Positions 1 to 8,682 of a DNA stretch of 57,976 bases are shown piece by piece. The position numbers and the translations under genes are program-made. The stretch is from NCBI GenBank assembly GCA_947498315.1, contig CANMLD010000005.1, positions 1 through 57,976 on the forward strand. Direction: 5' to 3'. The notes under the pieces were generated by a model. It was not told where the DNA came from, did no database searches, and saw nothing but the letters and a program-made list of their open reading frames with translations. Origin of the DNA: Pseudomonadota bacterium. GTDB taxonomy: Bacteria > Myxococcota_A > UBA9042 > GCA-2863065. Every line of letters starts with the position of its first letter. The first letter of the stretch is position 1.

Positions 1-713
1 CGGCGGCTATCTGGGCGTCCGGGCACGCTGCTGCCTGATGAGTCGCGAGCAGTGCGGCCCAGGACTCGCCGACACACCCATCAACCGCATTGGCGACGGC
101 CAGCTCGGCCGAACTGGGCAGCGTCGACTCTTTCACCATCGCGGCTTGGAGCGGGGCACCCCGGTCGGTCGCGAGTCGGGCCGTCACGACGGCATGCCGC
201 ACCTCGTCCGCTGCCGCCCGCCGGCACTCGGCGACAAGCCCGTCAGGCGCCCCGAGCGCGGCGAGGTCGCGACCGAGCTCGAGGAACGCCAGCACTGACG
301 CTGCCTCGTCCCGAGCCGCGCTCGCGAGTACGGCGCCGACGTCTCGTCGCCCGTCCGCAATCCGCACTAGCATCCCCTTGGGCCGGCGTCCCGCGCAGCC
401 GGCCGGGACGACCTCGGTCCCCTTGTGTGGTCCCTTCGGTGATGTCTTCCAACACCTCGCCAGCCGCGTCCAAAGTGTAGTCCCCGACAGCTACGGCGTC
501 GAAACGGAATACGGTGTCGTTGTTGGCCGCAACCTCTGCGGAGGGGCCGCTGTCCGCACCGCCTTCGGACGTGGTGCCGCAGCCCACCGCCGCCGCGCCA
601 CCCACCGCCGCCGCGCCACCCACCGCCGCCGCGTCACCCACCGCGCTATGAACGAGGCGAGCGAAGACCCGCTGCAGCCTGCTCCGGTGCCAGTCGATCG
701 ACCTCAAATCCAC
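1..713 (-). pseudogene. Ferritin-like domain lipoprotein (myxobacterial type), apparently frameshifted near 419-422; 3' end runs off the window
   Basis: A GTG at 713 gives MDLRSIDWHRSRLQRVFARLVHSAVG...AAVGC (lipobox-like). A different frame gives CAGRRPKG...DEAASVLAFLELGRDLAALGAPD...AAADEVRHA...NAVDGCVGES, with ferritin-like E/ExxH motifs, and is open to base 1. That frame has a TAG near 491 and is joined to the upstream frame by removing one G from a GGGG run. Confidence 0.7.
583..647. repeat. 18-bp tandem repeat (cccaccgccgccgcg(c/t)ca, about 3 copies) encoding GGAAAV units in the signal region
   Basis: Seen directly in the sequence. Confidence 0.8.
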
Positions 714-748
714 CTCCGCTCTTAACCATACGGCGGGTGGCACCGACT

Positions 749-1102
749 TCAACCGGGGGTGCGGGACCTGCGTGCGACAACGAACGAGCGGACCATCATA
801 GCCAGCAGCGCGGCGCTCAGCGCCAACATACTGACGTTGACGCCGAGCGCGAGCGGGCTCATCTTCGACGCACGGATCACCAGAGCGGCGGTCGGCGCCA
901 GCGCCCCGAGCAGCGCGACCACCGCGGCGGCATGCATCAGATGACGGCGTGCGCCGGCGTAGGCCAGTGCGAGCCCGGCCAGCACGGCCAACACGCCGCC
1001 AAAGTAGGCGGGCAGCAGCGAGGTCGGGCTGCCGGAGAGTGCGAACGCACCCACTCCGAGCGCGATCAGGAGGGCGGCGAACACGAGGGTTGGCTTCGGC
1101 AT
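749..1102 (-). CDS. Small membrane protein with about 4 TM segments
   Basis: ATG at 1102: MPKPTLVFAALLIALGVGAFALSG...HLMHAAAVVALLG...RSFVVARRSR; hydrophobic helices. Confidence 0.75.
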   Translation of the reverse strand: MPKPTLVFAALLIALGVGAFALSGSPTSLLPAYFGGVLAVLAGLALAYAGARRHLMHAAAVVALLGALAPTAALVIRASKMSPLALGVNVSMLALSAALLAMMVRSFVVARRSRTPG

Positions 1103-1438
1103 AGCAATACTCCAGAGGTGGTGCCCGGAGGGCGCGGGTCCTGGGAACAAACAATACCCTACTCGGCTAGCGACGGGGCGCTCACGACACGCGTTCGGCA
1201 CACTTTTACGGGTCCCTCGAAAGCGGGTCTTTGCAGAAGGTCTCCAACTGCGCAAGCAACTCACCCCGCGCCAGTGGCTCGGTCGGAAAAACGTGGGAGA
1301 GTTGACCGCGCCCCGCCCAGCTTGGGCCAAGTCCTAAGGCATACCCCCCATATTTCGAGGCAGATACTCTCTAGTTGGAACGAGCCGGGCGGGGATGCGG
1401 CGCGAGGCAAATCGACCTACTCATTTCCGACCGAGCCC

Positions 1439-2182
1439 TTAGTAGACGATCACCACGCCACTCTGCCACAAGGCCGCGACATCCATAATGATCGCGACTC
1501 CCCAATGGACGAAGACCCCCAGCCAGAAGTTTCGGTGTCGTAGCGCCAAGTAGCCGAGGACCGAGCCGGCCACGAAGGCGCCGAGTGTCTCTAGGAACGG
1601 CTTTTCGTAGTGGCTCATGACGTAGGGGATGACCATGACCAGGATGGCGTAGTCGCCGAGCTCCTCTTCGAGCCCGAAGACGAGGTAGCCCCGCCAGAAG
1701 GACTCGCCAGAGACGAAGAGCAACCCGTAGACGAGCTCGAAGACTAGGAGGTGCCACCAGACTAGCTCGGCGCCGCCGGGACCGCGCTGGTAGAGCCCTC
1801 GGAACTGCGGATAGAAAGACAGAAAGGAGTCAGTCGTCGCCGCGAAGACGACCAGCGGCACCATGGCGAGGTATAGCCCCATGTAGAGCTTCCACCCGCG
1901 CCCGGCCTGCGAGACCGCGAAGCCAAAGTCGCCAAGCCTGCGCTTCAGCACGACGCGGATGCAGAGCATGGGCAGGAGCATCCGGAAGAGGACGCTCATC
2001 AAGCAGAAGTAGAAGAAGGGGTACTGCGACGTGAGCGCGGACGGCGGGAACACGTCCGCGAGGTGGGTCTGAAAGAAGGCCGCGCGCCCGAAGTACCAAA
2101 AGATGGTGAAGAAGAGCAGCCCGGACAGGATCACGAACGCGGGCTGAAACGCGAGCTTCAGCGGGCGGGCCGGCGCTGTCAT
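1439..2182 (-). CDS. CPBP (Abi/CAAX type II) family intramembrane glutamic endopeptidase
   Basis: Polytopic protein with GESFWRGY, YVMSHYEKP and GVFVHW motifs, matching the CPBP (E)ExxxR / FxxxH / HxxxN-like motif set. Confidence 0.85.
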   Translation of the reverse strand: MTAPARPLKLAFQPAFVILSGLLFFTIFWYFGRAAFFQTHLADVFPPSALTSQYPFFYFCLMSVLFRMLLPMLCIRVVLKRRLGDFGFAVSQAGRGWKLYMGLYLAMVPLVVFAATTDSFLSFYPQFRGLYQRGPGGAELVWWHLLVFELVYGLLFVSGESFWRGYLVFGLEEELGDYAILVMVIPYVMSHYEKPFLETLGAFVAGSVLGYLALRHRNFWLGVFVHWGVAIIMDVAALWQSGVVIVY

Positions 2183-2200
2183 GGGAGCGCCGTCATGGCG

Positions 2201-2860
2201 TCAGAGCGAGATGGTGCGGAGGTCAGCCGCGACCTCGAAGTCCGCGTCGGTGGCGCGCCGGACGTCGTCGAGCGTCACGCCAGGCGCGAGCTCGCGCAGG
2301 ACGAGCCCCTGCCCGCGCGTGACGTCGAACCAAGCGAGATCGGTCATGATCGCGTCCACACAGGCCCGCCCCGTCAGGGGGAGCGCGCAGGTCTTCTTGA
2401 TCTTGGAGTCGCCGTCTTTGCTCTGGTGAGTCGTGACGACGATGACGCGACGCGCGCCGGCGACGAGGTCCATCGCACCGCCCATGCCCTTCACGCGCTG
2501 GCCGGGGATCATCCAGTTGGCGAGGTCACCGTTCTGGCTGACTTCGAGCGCGCCGAGGACCGTGAGGTCGACGTGGCCCCCCCGTACCATGGCGAAGCTG
2601 TCGGCGCTCGAGAAGAAGGACGCGCCCGGGAGCACGGTGACGGTCTCCTTGCCGGCGTTGATGAGATCAGGGTCTTCGTCGCCCTCGAAGGGATAGGGGC
2701 CGACGCCGAGGATACCGTTCTCGGAGTGGAGGACGACTTCGACTCCCGGCGGCAAGAAGCTCGCCACGAGCGTCGGGATGCCGATGCCGAGGTTGACGTA
2801 GTCGCCGTCGCGCAGCTCTTGGGCGATGCGTTGGGCCATCTGCTCGCGGGTGAGGGGCAT
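2201..2860 (-). CDS. scoB: 3-oxoacid (succinyl-CoA:acetoacetate) CoA-transferase subunit B
   Basis: ATG at 2860: [29 protein letters not shown]; catalytic SENG motif; KGMGGAMDL. Confidence 0.93.
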   Translation of the reverse strand: MPLTREQMAQRIAQELRDGDYVNLGIGIPTLVASFLPPGVEVVLHSENGILGVGPYPFEGDEDPDLINAGKETVTVLPGASFFSSADSFAMVRGGHVDLTVLGALEVSQNGDLANWMIPGQRVKGMGGAMDLVAGARRVIVVTTHQSKDGDSKIKKTCALPLTGRACVDAIMTDLAWFDVTRGQGLVLRELAPGVTLDDVRRATDADFEVAADLRTISL

Positions 2861-2901
2861 GGTCAGCTCCAAGGCGCCGGGCGCCGGGTCGAGTCGGCCG
2901 A

Positions 2902-3603
2902 TCAGGCCGGGCGCTTGCGGACGGTGCGGCGTTCGATGGGCTTCACGTAGTTCGCCCCCTGAACGAGGCGCTTCACGTAGATACCGGGCACGTGGATCTG
3001 GTCGGGATCGAGCGCCCCCGCCGGGACGAGCTCTTCGACCTCGGCGATGGTGATGCGCGCCGCCGTGCAGATTATGGGGCTGAAGTTGCGGGCGGCCATC
3101 CGGAACACGAGGTTGCCGTGCGTGTCGCCGCGCCAAGCCCGCACGATGGCGAAGTCGGCGAGGATCGGCTTCTCGAGCACGTACCACTTGCCGTCGATCT
3201 CGCGCGTCTCCTTCCCATCGGCCACGACGGTGCCGTAGCCCGTAGGCGTGAAGAAGCCGCCGATGCCGGCGCCACCCGCTCGGATGCGCTCGGCGAGCGT
3301 GCCTTGCGGGACGAGCTCCACGTCGAGCTCGCCGGACAGCATCTGCCGTTCGAACTCTTTGTTCTCGCCGACGTAGCTCGACACCATCTTCCGGACCTGC
3401 CGGTTCTCGAGGAGCACGCCGAGGCCGTTGCCGTCGGTGCCGCAGTTGTTCGAGATGATGGTGAGGCCCTTCGTGCCGCGAGCCCGAAGCGCCGTGATGA
3501 GGTTCTCGGGGTTGCCACACAGCCCAAAGCCGCCGGCCATGAGGGTCGCGCCGTCATGGACGTCGTGGAGGGCCGCCGCCGCCGACTCGAAGATCTTGTT
3601 CAT
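2902..3603 (-). CDS. scoA: 3-oxoacid CoA-transferase subunit A
   Basis: [33 protein letters not shown]; adjacent to subunit B. Confidence 0.93.
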   Translation of the reverse strand: MNKIFESAAAALHDVHDGATLMAGGFGLCGNPENLITALRARGTKGLTIISNNCGTDGNGLGVLLENRQVRKMVSSYVGENKEFERQMLSGELDVELVPQGTLAERIRAGGAGIGGFFTPTGYGTVVADGKETREIDGKWYVLEKPILADFAIVRAWRGDTHGNLVFRMAARNFSPIICTAARITIAEVEELVPAGALDPDQIHVPGIYVKRLVQGANYVKPIERRTVRKRPA

Positions 3604-3616
3604 CAGGTGGGGTACT

Positions 3617-4051
3617 TCACGTGGGGTTCTTCACGTCGATGACGTCGACGACGCACTGAAGGGGCTGGCCCGCCAGTGGGTGGTTGAAGTCCGCGATGAC
3701 GGCATCGGGGAGGACCTCGACGATCCGGCACACGAGCTCGACACCCTCGGGCGAGCGCATGGGGAAGCGCATGTCTTTTCGGACCTCGACCTGAATCGGC
3801 AGCGCGCTCCGTGCGATACGCTTCACGAGGTCTTCGTTGCGCTCGCCGTAGGCGTCTTGCGCTTGTACCGTGAAGCTCTTGCGATCGCCTGCACGGAGGC
3901 CCATGAGCGCGCGCTCGAAGCCCGGCACGAGCTGTCCGGCGCCGCAGTACAGCTCGATCGGATCGTTCGCTGAGGTCTCGTCGACGAGCGTCCCGTGGGC
4001 GTCGTTCATGACGTACCCGATCCGGATGACGCTGTTCTTGGTGATGCGCAT
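3617..4051 (-). CDS. slyD: FKBP-type peptidyl-prolyl cis-trans isomerase, SlyD-like, with no His-rich tail
   Basis: GQLVPGFERALMG, DAYGER and DFNHPLAGQPL motifs. Confidence 0.88.
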   Translation of the reverse strand: MRITKNSVIRIGYVMNDAHGTLVDETSANDPIELYCGAGQLVPGFERALMGLRAGDRKSFTVQAQDAYGERNEDLVKRIARSALPIQVEVRKDMRFPMRSPEGVELVCRIVEVLPDAVIADFNHPLAGQPLQCVVDVIDVKNPT

Positions 4052-4251
4052 GTGTCTCCCCCGGCCGAGTGTGCCCGGCGCCCCGAGTCAGCACGAAGTC
4101 CAAAGGCGACCCGCGTAGGCCAACCACCGGAAACCACGAAGAAAACGGGAAAATACCACCTGCACGAAGGCGGGAAGTACGATAGCGAGCGCCACCAACA
4201 GGTGTCAAAGGAATTCCGGCCAATACGGGATATAGTGGGGCGATGGAAAGC

Positions 4252-5106
4252 ATGCCCGCTACGGCCCCTACCCTGCCTCCGAAGCCCCCTGCCGACGCCG
4301 CCACGGTCCTGCTCCTGAGGCTGGGAGCCCAAGGCTCCCTGGAGATCTTCCTCTGCCGCCGAAGCACCAAGTCCACCTTCATGGGCGGCGTCTACGTCTT
4401 CCCGGGTGGACGGGTCGATGCGGCTGACGCTGGACCCGCGCTGCGGGTCGCCACGAGAGGGCGCGACGCCGACGCCTGCGCCGCCATGCTCGGCCTCTCG
4501 GCAGACCGAGCCGTCGCGCACTGGATCGCGGCAATTCGAGAGACCCTCGAAGAAGCAGGCGTCTGGCTCGGGGACCCAGCAACGGTCGCGACAGCGGCGA
4601 TGTGCCTAGAGCTCACTGCAACCAAAGACGACGGGGCGGCCTTCGCCTCCATGGTCACTCGCTATGGCCTCCGCTTCGACCTCTCGCGGCTACGCTACTT
4701 CGCCCATTGGGTGACCCCTACCGTCGAGCCGAAGCGCTTCTCGGCGCGCTTCTTCATCGCGGAGCTCCCCGCCGACGAAGCCGCCGTCATCGACGGGCAG
4801 GAGATCATCGACGGCAAGTGGCTCACCCCGGCCGACGCCATCGCGCGATACCAAGCGAGGGAGTTCGACCTCGCCCCACCGACCTTCCACTCCCTGATGG
4901 TCCTCGCCGCCGCCACGGACATCCCAGCCGCGCTCGCCCTCGCGGCGGACGCGCCGGTCGTGTTGCACACCCCCGAAGCGGTGTTCGAAGGAGGCCGCCT
5001 GTCGCTCGTGCTCGCCGGAGACGTCGCGCACCCGTCGACGCCGGGCGGTGAGCTACGGCGCTTCACCCTCATCGACGGTTGTTGGAACTACGAAGGGGCG
5101 CTGTGA
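4252..5106 (+). CDS. NUDIX hydrolase (NUDT19-like)
   Basis: AATVLLLR, YVFPGGRVD, AAIRETLEEAG and HWVTP..EPKRF motifs; start chosen at ATG 4252. Confidence 0.88.
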   Translation: MPATAPTLPPKPPADAATVLLLRLGAQGSLEIFLCRRSTKSTFMGGVYVFPGGRVDAADAGPALRVATRGRDADACAAMLGLSADRAVAHWIAAIRETLEEAGVWLGDPATVATAAMCLELTATKDDGAAFASMVTRYGLRFDLSRLRYFAHWVTPTVEPKRFSARFFIAELPADEAAVIDGQEIIDGKWLTPADAIARYQAREFDLAPPTFHSLMVLAAATDIPAALALAADAPVVLHTPEAVFEGGRLSLVLAGDVAHPSTPGGELRRFTLIDGCWNYEGAL

Positions 5107-5217
5107 TCACGGACTGACGGGCAGGCAGCCAAGAGGCACCGGATCGCGCTCTATTGGTTGCGCCGCCGAGCCTGTGCGCGATCCGCCCTTCGGAGCCCAG
5201 AGAGGCGGAACGCCTAC

Positions 5218-5273
5218 GGGACCGCCGAACAGGGACCGCCGAACAGGGACCGCCGAACAGGGACCGCCGAACA
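5218..5273. repeat. Intergenic 14-bp tandem repeat, (gggaccgccgaaca)x4
   Basis: Four perfect copies seen directly. Confidence 0.9.
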
Positions 5274-5408
5274 GCAGGAGGTCGTGAGGCTCAAAGCCAG
5301 CGTGAAAAGGAGGGCGATTTTGTGGTACCTCCGGATGACGATTTAGGCCCACGTCAAGCCGTTGACGTCGCGGGAGGAAGAGGGTGACAATCAGTCAATG
5401 GAGGCTGC

Positions 5409-6470
5409 ATGCGCGAAACTGGAAATGAGCTGGGGTTTCGACTTCTCACCGCTATGATGGCGTTCGCCTGGGCTGCGTGCGGCAGTCCGGGCAGCGACGG
5501 CGGCCCGGCACGGATCGCATCGGATTCTACGGGCGAGCCAGAGGACGGTTCGGTCAGCGTCGAGACGCGCTCCACGGACGCGCCAACGCCGGACGTGGGC
5601 GGTGCCCCCGAGCTCGGCCCGGAGCCTTCGGATGCCATGGACGAGTTCGACGATCCCGCGCCCGACGCGTCAGGTCCGGAGGTTGCGCTCGGCGACGCCT
5701 CCCCGGAAGACGTCGGCCTGCCTGCAGGGGACGACGTCCACGCTGGGGACACATCGAGCGCGGACGCCGTTTCGGAGGACATCAGCCCGACCGAGCCGGA
5801 CGTGTGCGAGCCGGATTGTGGGGACCGTGAATGCGATGATGACGGCTGCGGCGGCACGTGCGGGACCTGCCCGACGAGCGCTCCCACATGTATTGACGGC
5901 TATTGCGTCGGGCAGTGCACCCCCGTCTGCGGTGGCGCGGAGTGTGGTGAGGACGGGTGCGACGGCGTCTGCGGGACGTGCGCGGCGGGCACCTTCTGCA
6001 ACGTGAGCGTGTGCGACCTCGGCACCGAATGCGCCGCGCTGATCAAGTGCTCGAACGAATGCGGCGCCGACCAGAGCTGCCTGGACGAGTGCTACGGAGC
6101 CGCTAGCCTCGACGGCTTGACGGCGCTCACCGATCTTCAGGTGTGCCTGCTCAGCGAGTGCTCCGGCGCGGGCAACAAACTCGCGTGCACCGCAGCCAAC
6201 TGCCTCGTGCCATACACGACGTGCTTCGCGGGCACGCTGGGGTCCGGCAACTGCAGCGCGCTGCGAGCCTGCAACGCCGACTGCGGCACGGACAGCGTCT
6301 GCATCAACGCGTGCACGAGCCAAGCCACGTTCGATGCCGTTGGGCTGTACCTCACCTACGTCGGCTGTCTCGCCACGGAGTGCCCGACCGGTTCGCCCCT
6401 CGCGTGCTACGCCGGCGCCCTCGCGGGTGCCTGCAAGCCCCTGCTCGACTCGTGCGAGGCACAGCCATGA
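5409..6470 (+). CDS. Cys-rich secreted protein/lipoprotein with an acidic linker
   Basis: Signal with AWAAC lipobox; D/E/P-rich spacer; CxPxCxxxECGxDGCxGxCG repeats; C-terminal helical Cys-rich repeats. Confidence 0.8.
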   Translation: MRETGNELGFRLLTAMMAFAWAACGSPGSDGGPARIASDSTGEPEDGSVSVETRSTDAPTPDVGGAPELGPEPSDAMDEFDDPAPDASGPEVALGDASPEDVGLPAGDDVHAGDTSSADAVSEDISPTEPDVCEPDCGDRECDDDGCGGTCGTCPTSAPTCIDGYCVGQCTPVCGGAECGEDGCDGVCGTCAAGTFCNVSVCDLGTECAALIKCSNECGADQSCLDECYGAASLDGLTALTDLQVCLLSECSGAGNKLACTAANCLVPYTTCFAGTLGSGNCSALRACNADCGTDSVCINACTSQATFDAVGLYLTYVGCLATECPTGSPLACYAGALAGACKPLLDSCEAQP

Positions 6471-6485
6471 GCCCTTGCCGGGGCC

Positions 6486-8300
6486 CTATTGGCAGCTACT
6501 TCCGGTCTTCACATCCGTGGCCTTGATGAGCCCGAGGAGCGTCGTCACGAGGCTGTCCAAGTCCGCGAAGTCCACCGCCGTCGTCGTTCCGCCGCCATAG
6601 GCCGCCAGCAACGAGGCGCCCGCCTTCGCACCCGACGCGTCGATGACGTGGAGGGTCACCGTGGTTGGCGAGCCGGCGAGGTTCGTGAGGCGGTTGGTAG
6701 GACCGAATTCCGTGACGGTTATCGCGCCCGCAACGCATTCGTCCGGACACGCACCGGCCAGCGTGCAGCCATAGTCCGGGCACGGCTGACCGGGGCCACA
6801 CGCGAGGTCCTGGATGGCGCACACGTTACTCGTCCACGGCACGGCGTTGGCCGGCGGCACGCAGACGCCCGACTCGCAGATGGCGTCAGGTCCGCAATCG
6901 GAGGGATTCACGCAACCCAGCCCGTAGCGCATGCGCTTCGCCTGAACCCGTGGGTGGAAGAAGGATGTTGCCGCCGTGTCCTCCGTCTCTCCCCCATCGG
7001 ACAGCACGATGAACACGTTCGGTCGGCACGCGCTCGCCGGATCATGACAGCTGCCGTCCACGCACTCGTAGTGCGCCGAGGCGCAGTCCGCTGTGACGGC
7101 GCATGGCTTGCCTTCGACGAGCACAAACTTCCGGAGGTACTCCCCGGCATAGAACACTGTCTTTCCGAGCGGAGTGGCACCGTCGCAGCGCAGCTCCGGT
7201 GCCTTGTGTGTGAGGCACTTTTCCGCAATGCAGATGTTCGACGCGCAATCCCAGTCGTTCACGCAGGTGGCGCCAGTAGACTGCAACGTCTCGACGCCAT
7301 CGACCCAGCTCAGCAGCTTGCTCTGATCCGCTCCAGCAACGGGCGGCACGGCCACGACCTCGGATAGATGAGCGTCGAACCACGCGCCTGCGATGTGTTG
7401 GTCGTCGTCCCCCGTGATCTTGTCCAGTCCCTCGTAATAGCCTTCATCGCAGTCTCCCCAGTTGCCCTGACGTTGGGGGAAGTGCACCAGCCCGATCTGC
7501 GCGGCCTTCGCGGCTTCATTGGTGAGGAGCGTGGACAGGGCCTTCTTGACGAGGCCGATCCGCGTCTTAGGAGAGACCGGGTCGTCGCAATTCGGGTACT
7601 CCCACGGTGGGCAGTCACCTTCGAAGCACAGGCTGGCGGGCTCCCCAGTCGCCACGATCTCGTTCATGGACCCGCTCGTGTCGACCACCAAGAGGACGTT
7701 TGCCTGCACGGGTTCGCACTGGCCGTCGTTGCAGGAGGTGCTGGCCGGGCACGGGAGCGGGACGTAGCCCGTGCCCAGGCTGTTACAGGCGACCCGCACG
7801 GCACCGTCGCACGTGGGCGGCGAGCCCGGCTCGCAGATTGGAGCCATGCACTCGCCCAAATCGCAGACCTCCCCGGTCGCGCATGGGACGTCGGTCGCGC
7901 TTGAACCATCCGCCGTACAGACGCGCTGAATCGTCCTCCCGCCGCATGTGGCGGTGCTCTTGGTGCAGACGTCGGGTACGCACTTTCCGGTGGAGTCGCA
8001 GTGCGACACGTCGTCGCAAGAGCAGGGGAGGGGCGCGGCGATTTCCTCGTCAGCTTGGATCGCGTCCTCCCCGGCGACTGGAACGTCCCCAGCGACGTCG
8101 GGCTCGCCTTCTGGCTCTGGCCCGGCGTCCGGCGTCAACGACACCGTATCGGCCGGCTCGTCCTTGACGTCTTCTAAAGCGGCGGTTTCGTCGTGGACGT
8201 CCCCCGGCGGGGACCCCACCATCTGCGATGCCGCACCGCAGCCGAGGATCCCGAGCGCGAGGCAGCTACTTAACCACGGCCACAGACGAAGTTGGTTCAT
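6486..8300 (-). CDS. VWA-domain Cys-rich lipoprotein
   Basis: ATG at 8300: MNQLRLWPWLSSCLALGILGC (lipobox); VLLVVDTSGSM (MIDAS), GATPLG, IVLSDGGET. Confidence 0.82.
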   Translation of the reverse strand: MNQLRLWPWLSSCLALGILGCGAASQMVGSPPGDVHDETAALEDVKDEPADTVSLTPDAGPEPEGEPDVAGDVPVAGEDAIQADEEIAAPLPCSCDDVSHCDSTGKCVPDVCTKSTATCGGRTIQRVCTADGSSATDVPCATGEVCDLGECMAPICEPGSPPTCDGAVRVACNSLGTGYVPLPCPASTSCNDGQCEPVQANVLLVVDTSGSMNEIVATGEPASLCFEGDCPPWEYPNCDDPVSPKTRIGLVKKALSTLLTNEAAKAAQIGLVHFPQRQGNWGDCDEGYYEGLDKITGDDDQHIAGAWFDAHLSEVVAVPPVAGADQSKLLSWVDGVETLQSTGATCVNDWDCASNICIAEKCLTHKAPELRCDGATPLGKTVFYAGEYLRKFVLVEGKPCAVTADCASAHYECVDGSCHDPASACRPNVFIVLSDGGETEDTAATSFFHPRVQAKRMRYGLGCVNPSDCGPDAICESGVCVPPANAVPWTSNVCAIQDLACGPGQPCPDYGCTLAGACPDECVAGAITVTEFGPTNRLTNLAGSPTTVTLHVIDASGAKAGASLLAAYGGGTTTAVDFADLDSLVTTLLGLIKATDVKTGSSCQ

Positions 8301-8682
8301 GCCGCGGAGTATCGGGAGTCGGCTCCCTGTCGTCAATCGGGGAGGGCCAGTTCCCGCTTGCGCTTGGGCATCGGGCCCGAAATGCCCACCCGTGCGCCCG
8401 TCGCGTCACCGAGCCCGCCACCGACAGCGACTCGTCAAAGGCCTGCTCGGAGTCCGGCGCGGAGCCAACCGCGAGTCCAAGTCCCTAGCTGCGCCTCGGC
8501 TCATCTTCGGCTCGACGCTGCCGGTGGGCTCCGGTACAGTCGCGGCCCATGAGTCACTCGCTTGCTGCAACGTTCCTGCTCACGAACCTGACCGCCTGCA
8601 AGGCAGGGGACGTGCGTGTGCTCGCTCGCTCGACGGGGCGAACGAGCGCCGCGGCGTTCTCCGTCCGGGACGCGGCCAGCGA

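Noticed and set aside
90-725. Plus-strand 211-aa ORF with HRRRAT repeats
   Set aside because: Antisense of the ferritin-like lipoprotein, which carries the recognisable motifs.
2861-3520. N-terminal extension of the 439-aa ORF 2201..3520
   Set aside because: It overlaps scoA in another frame. ScoB homology begins at ATG 2860.
5218-5273. CRISPR or iteron origin
   Set aside because: The 14-bp units have no spacers, and there is no rep gene or AT-rich unwinding region nearby.
7948-8682. N-terminal 245 aa of ORF 7948..10896
   Set aside because: It overlaps the VWA gene in antisense and precedes the evident signal peptide.
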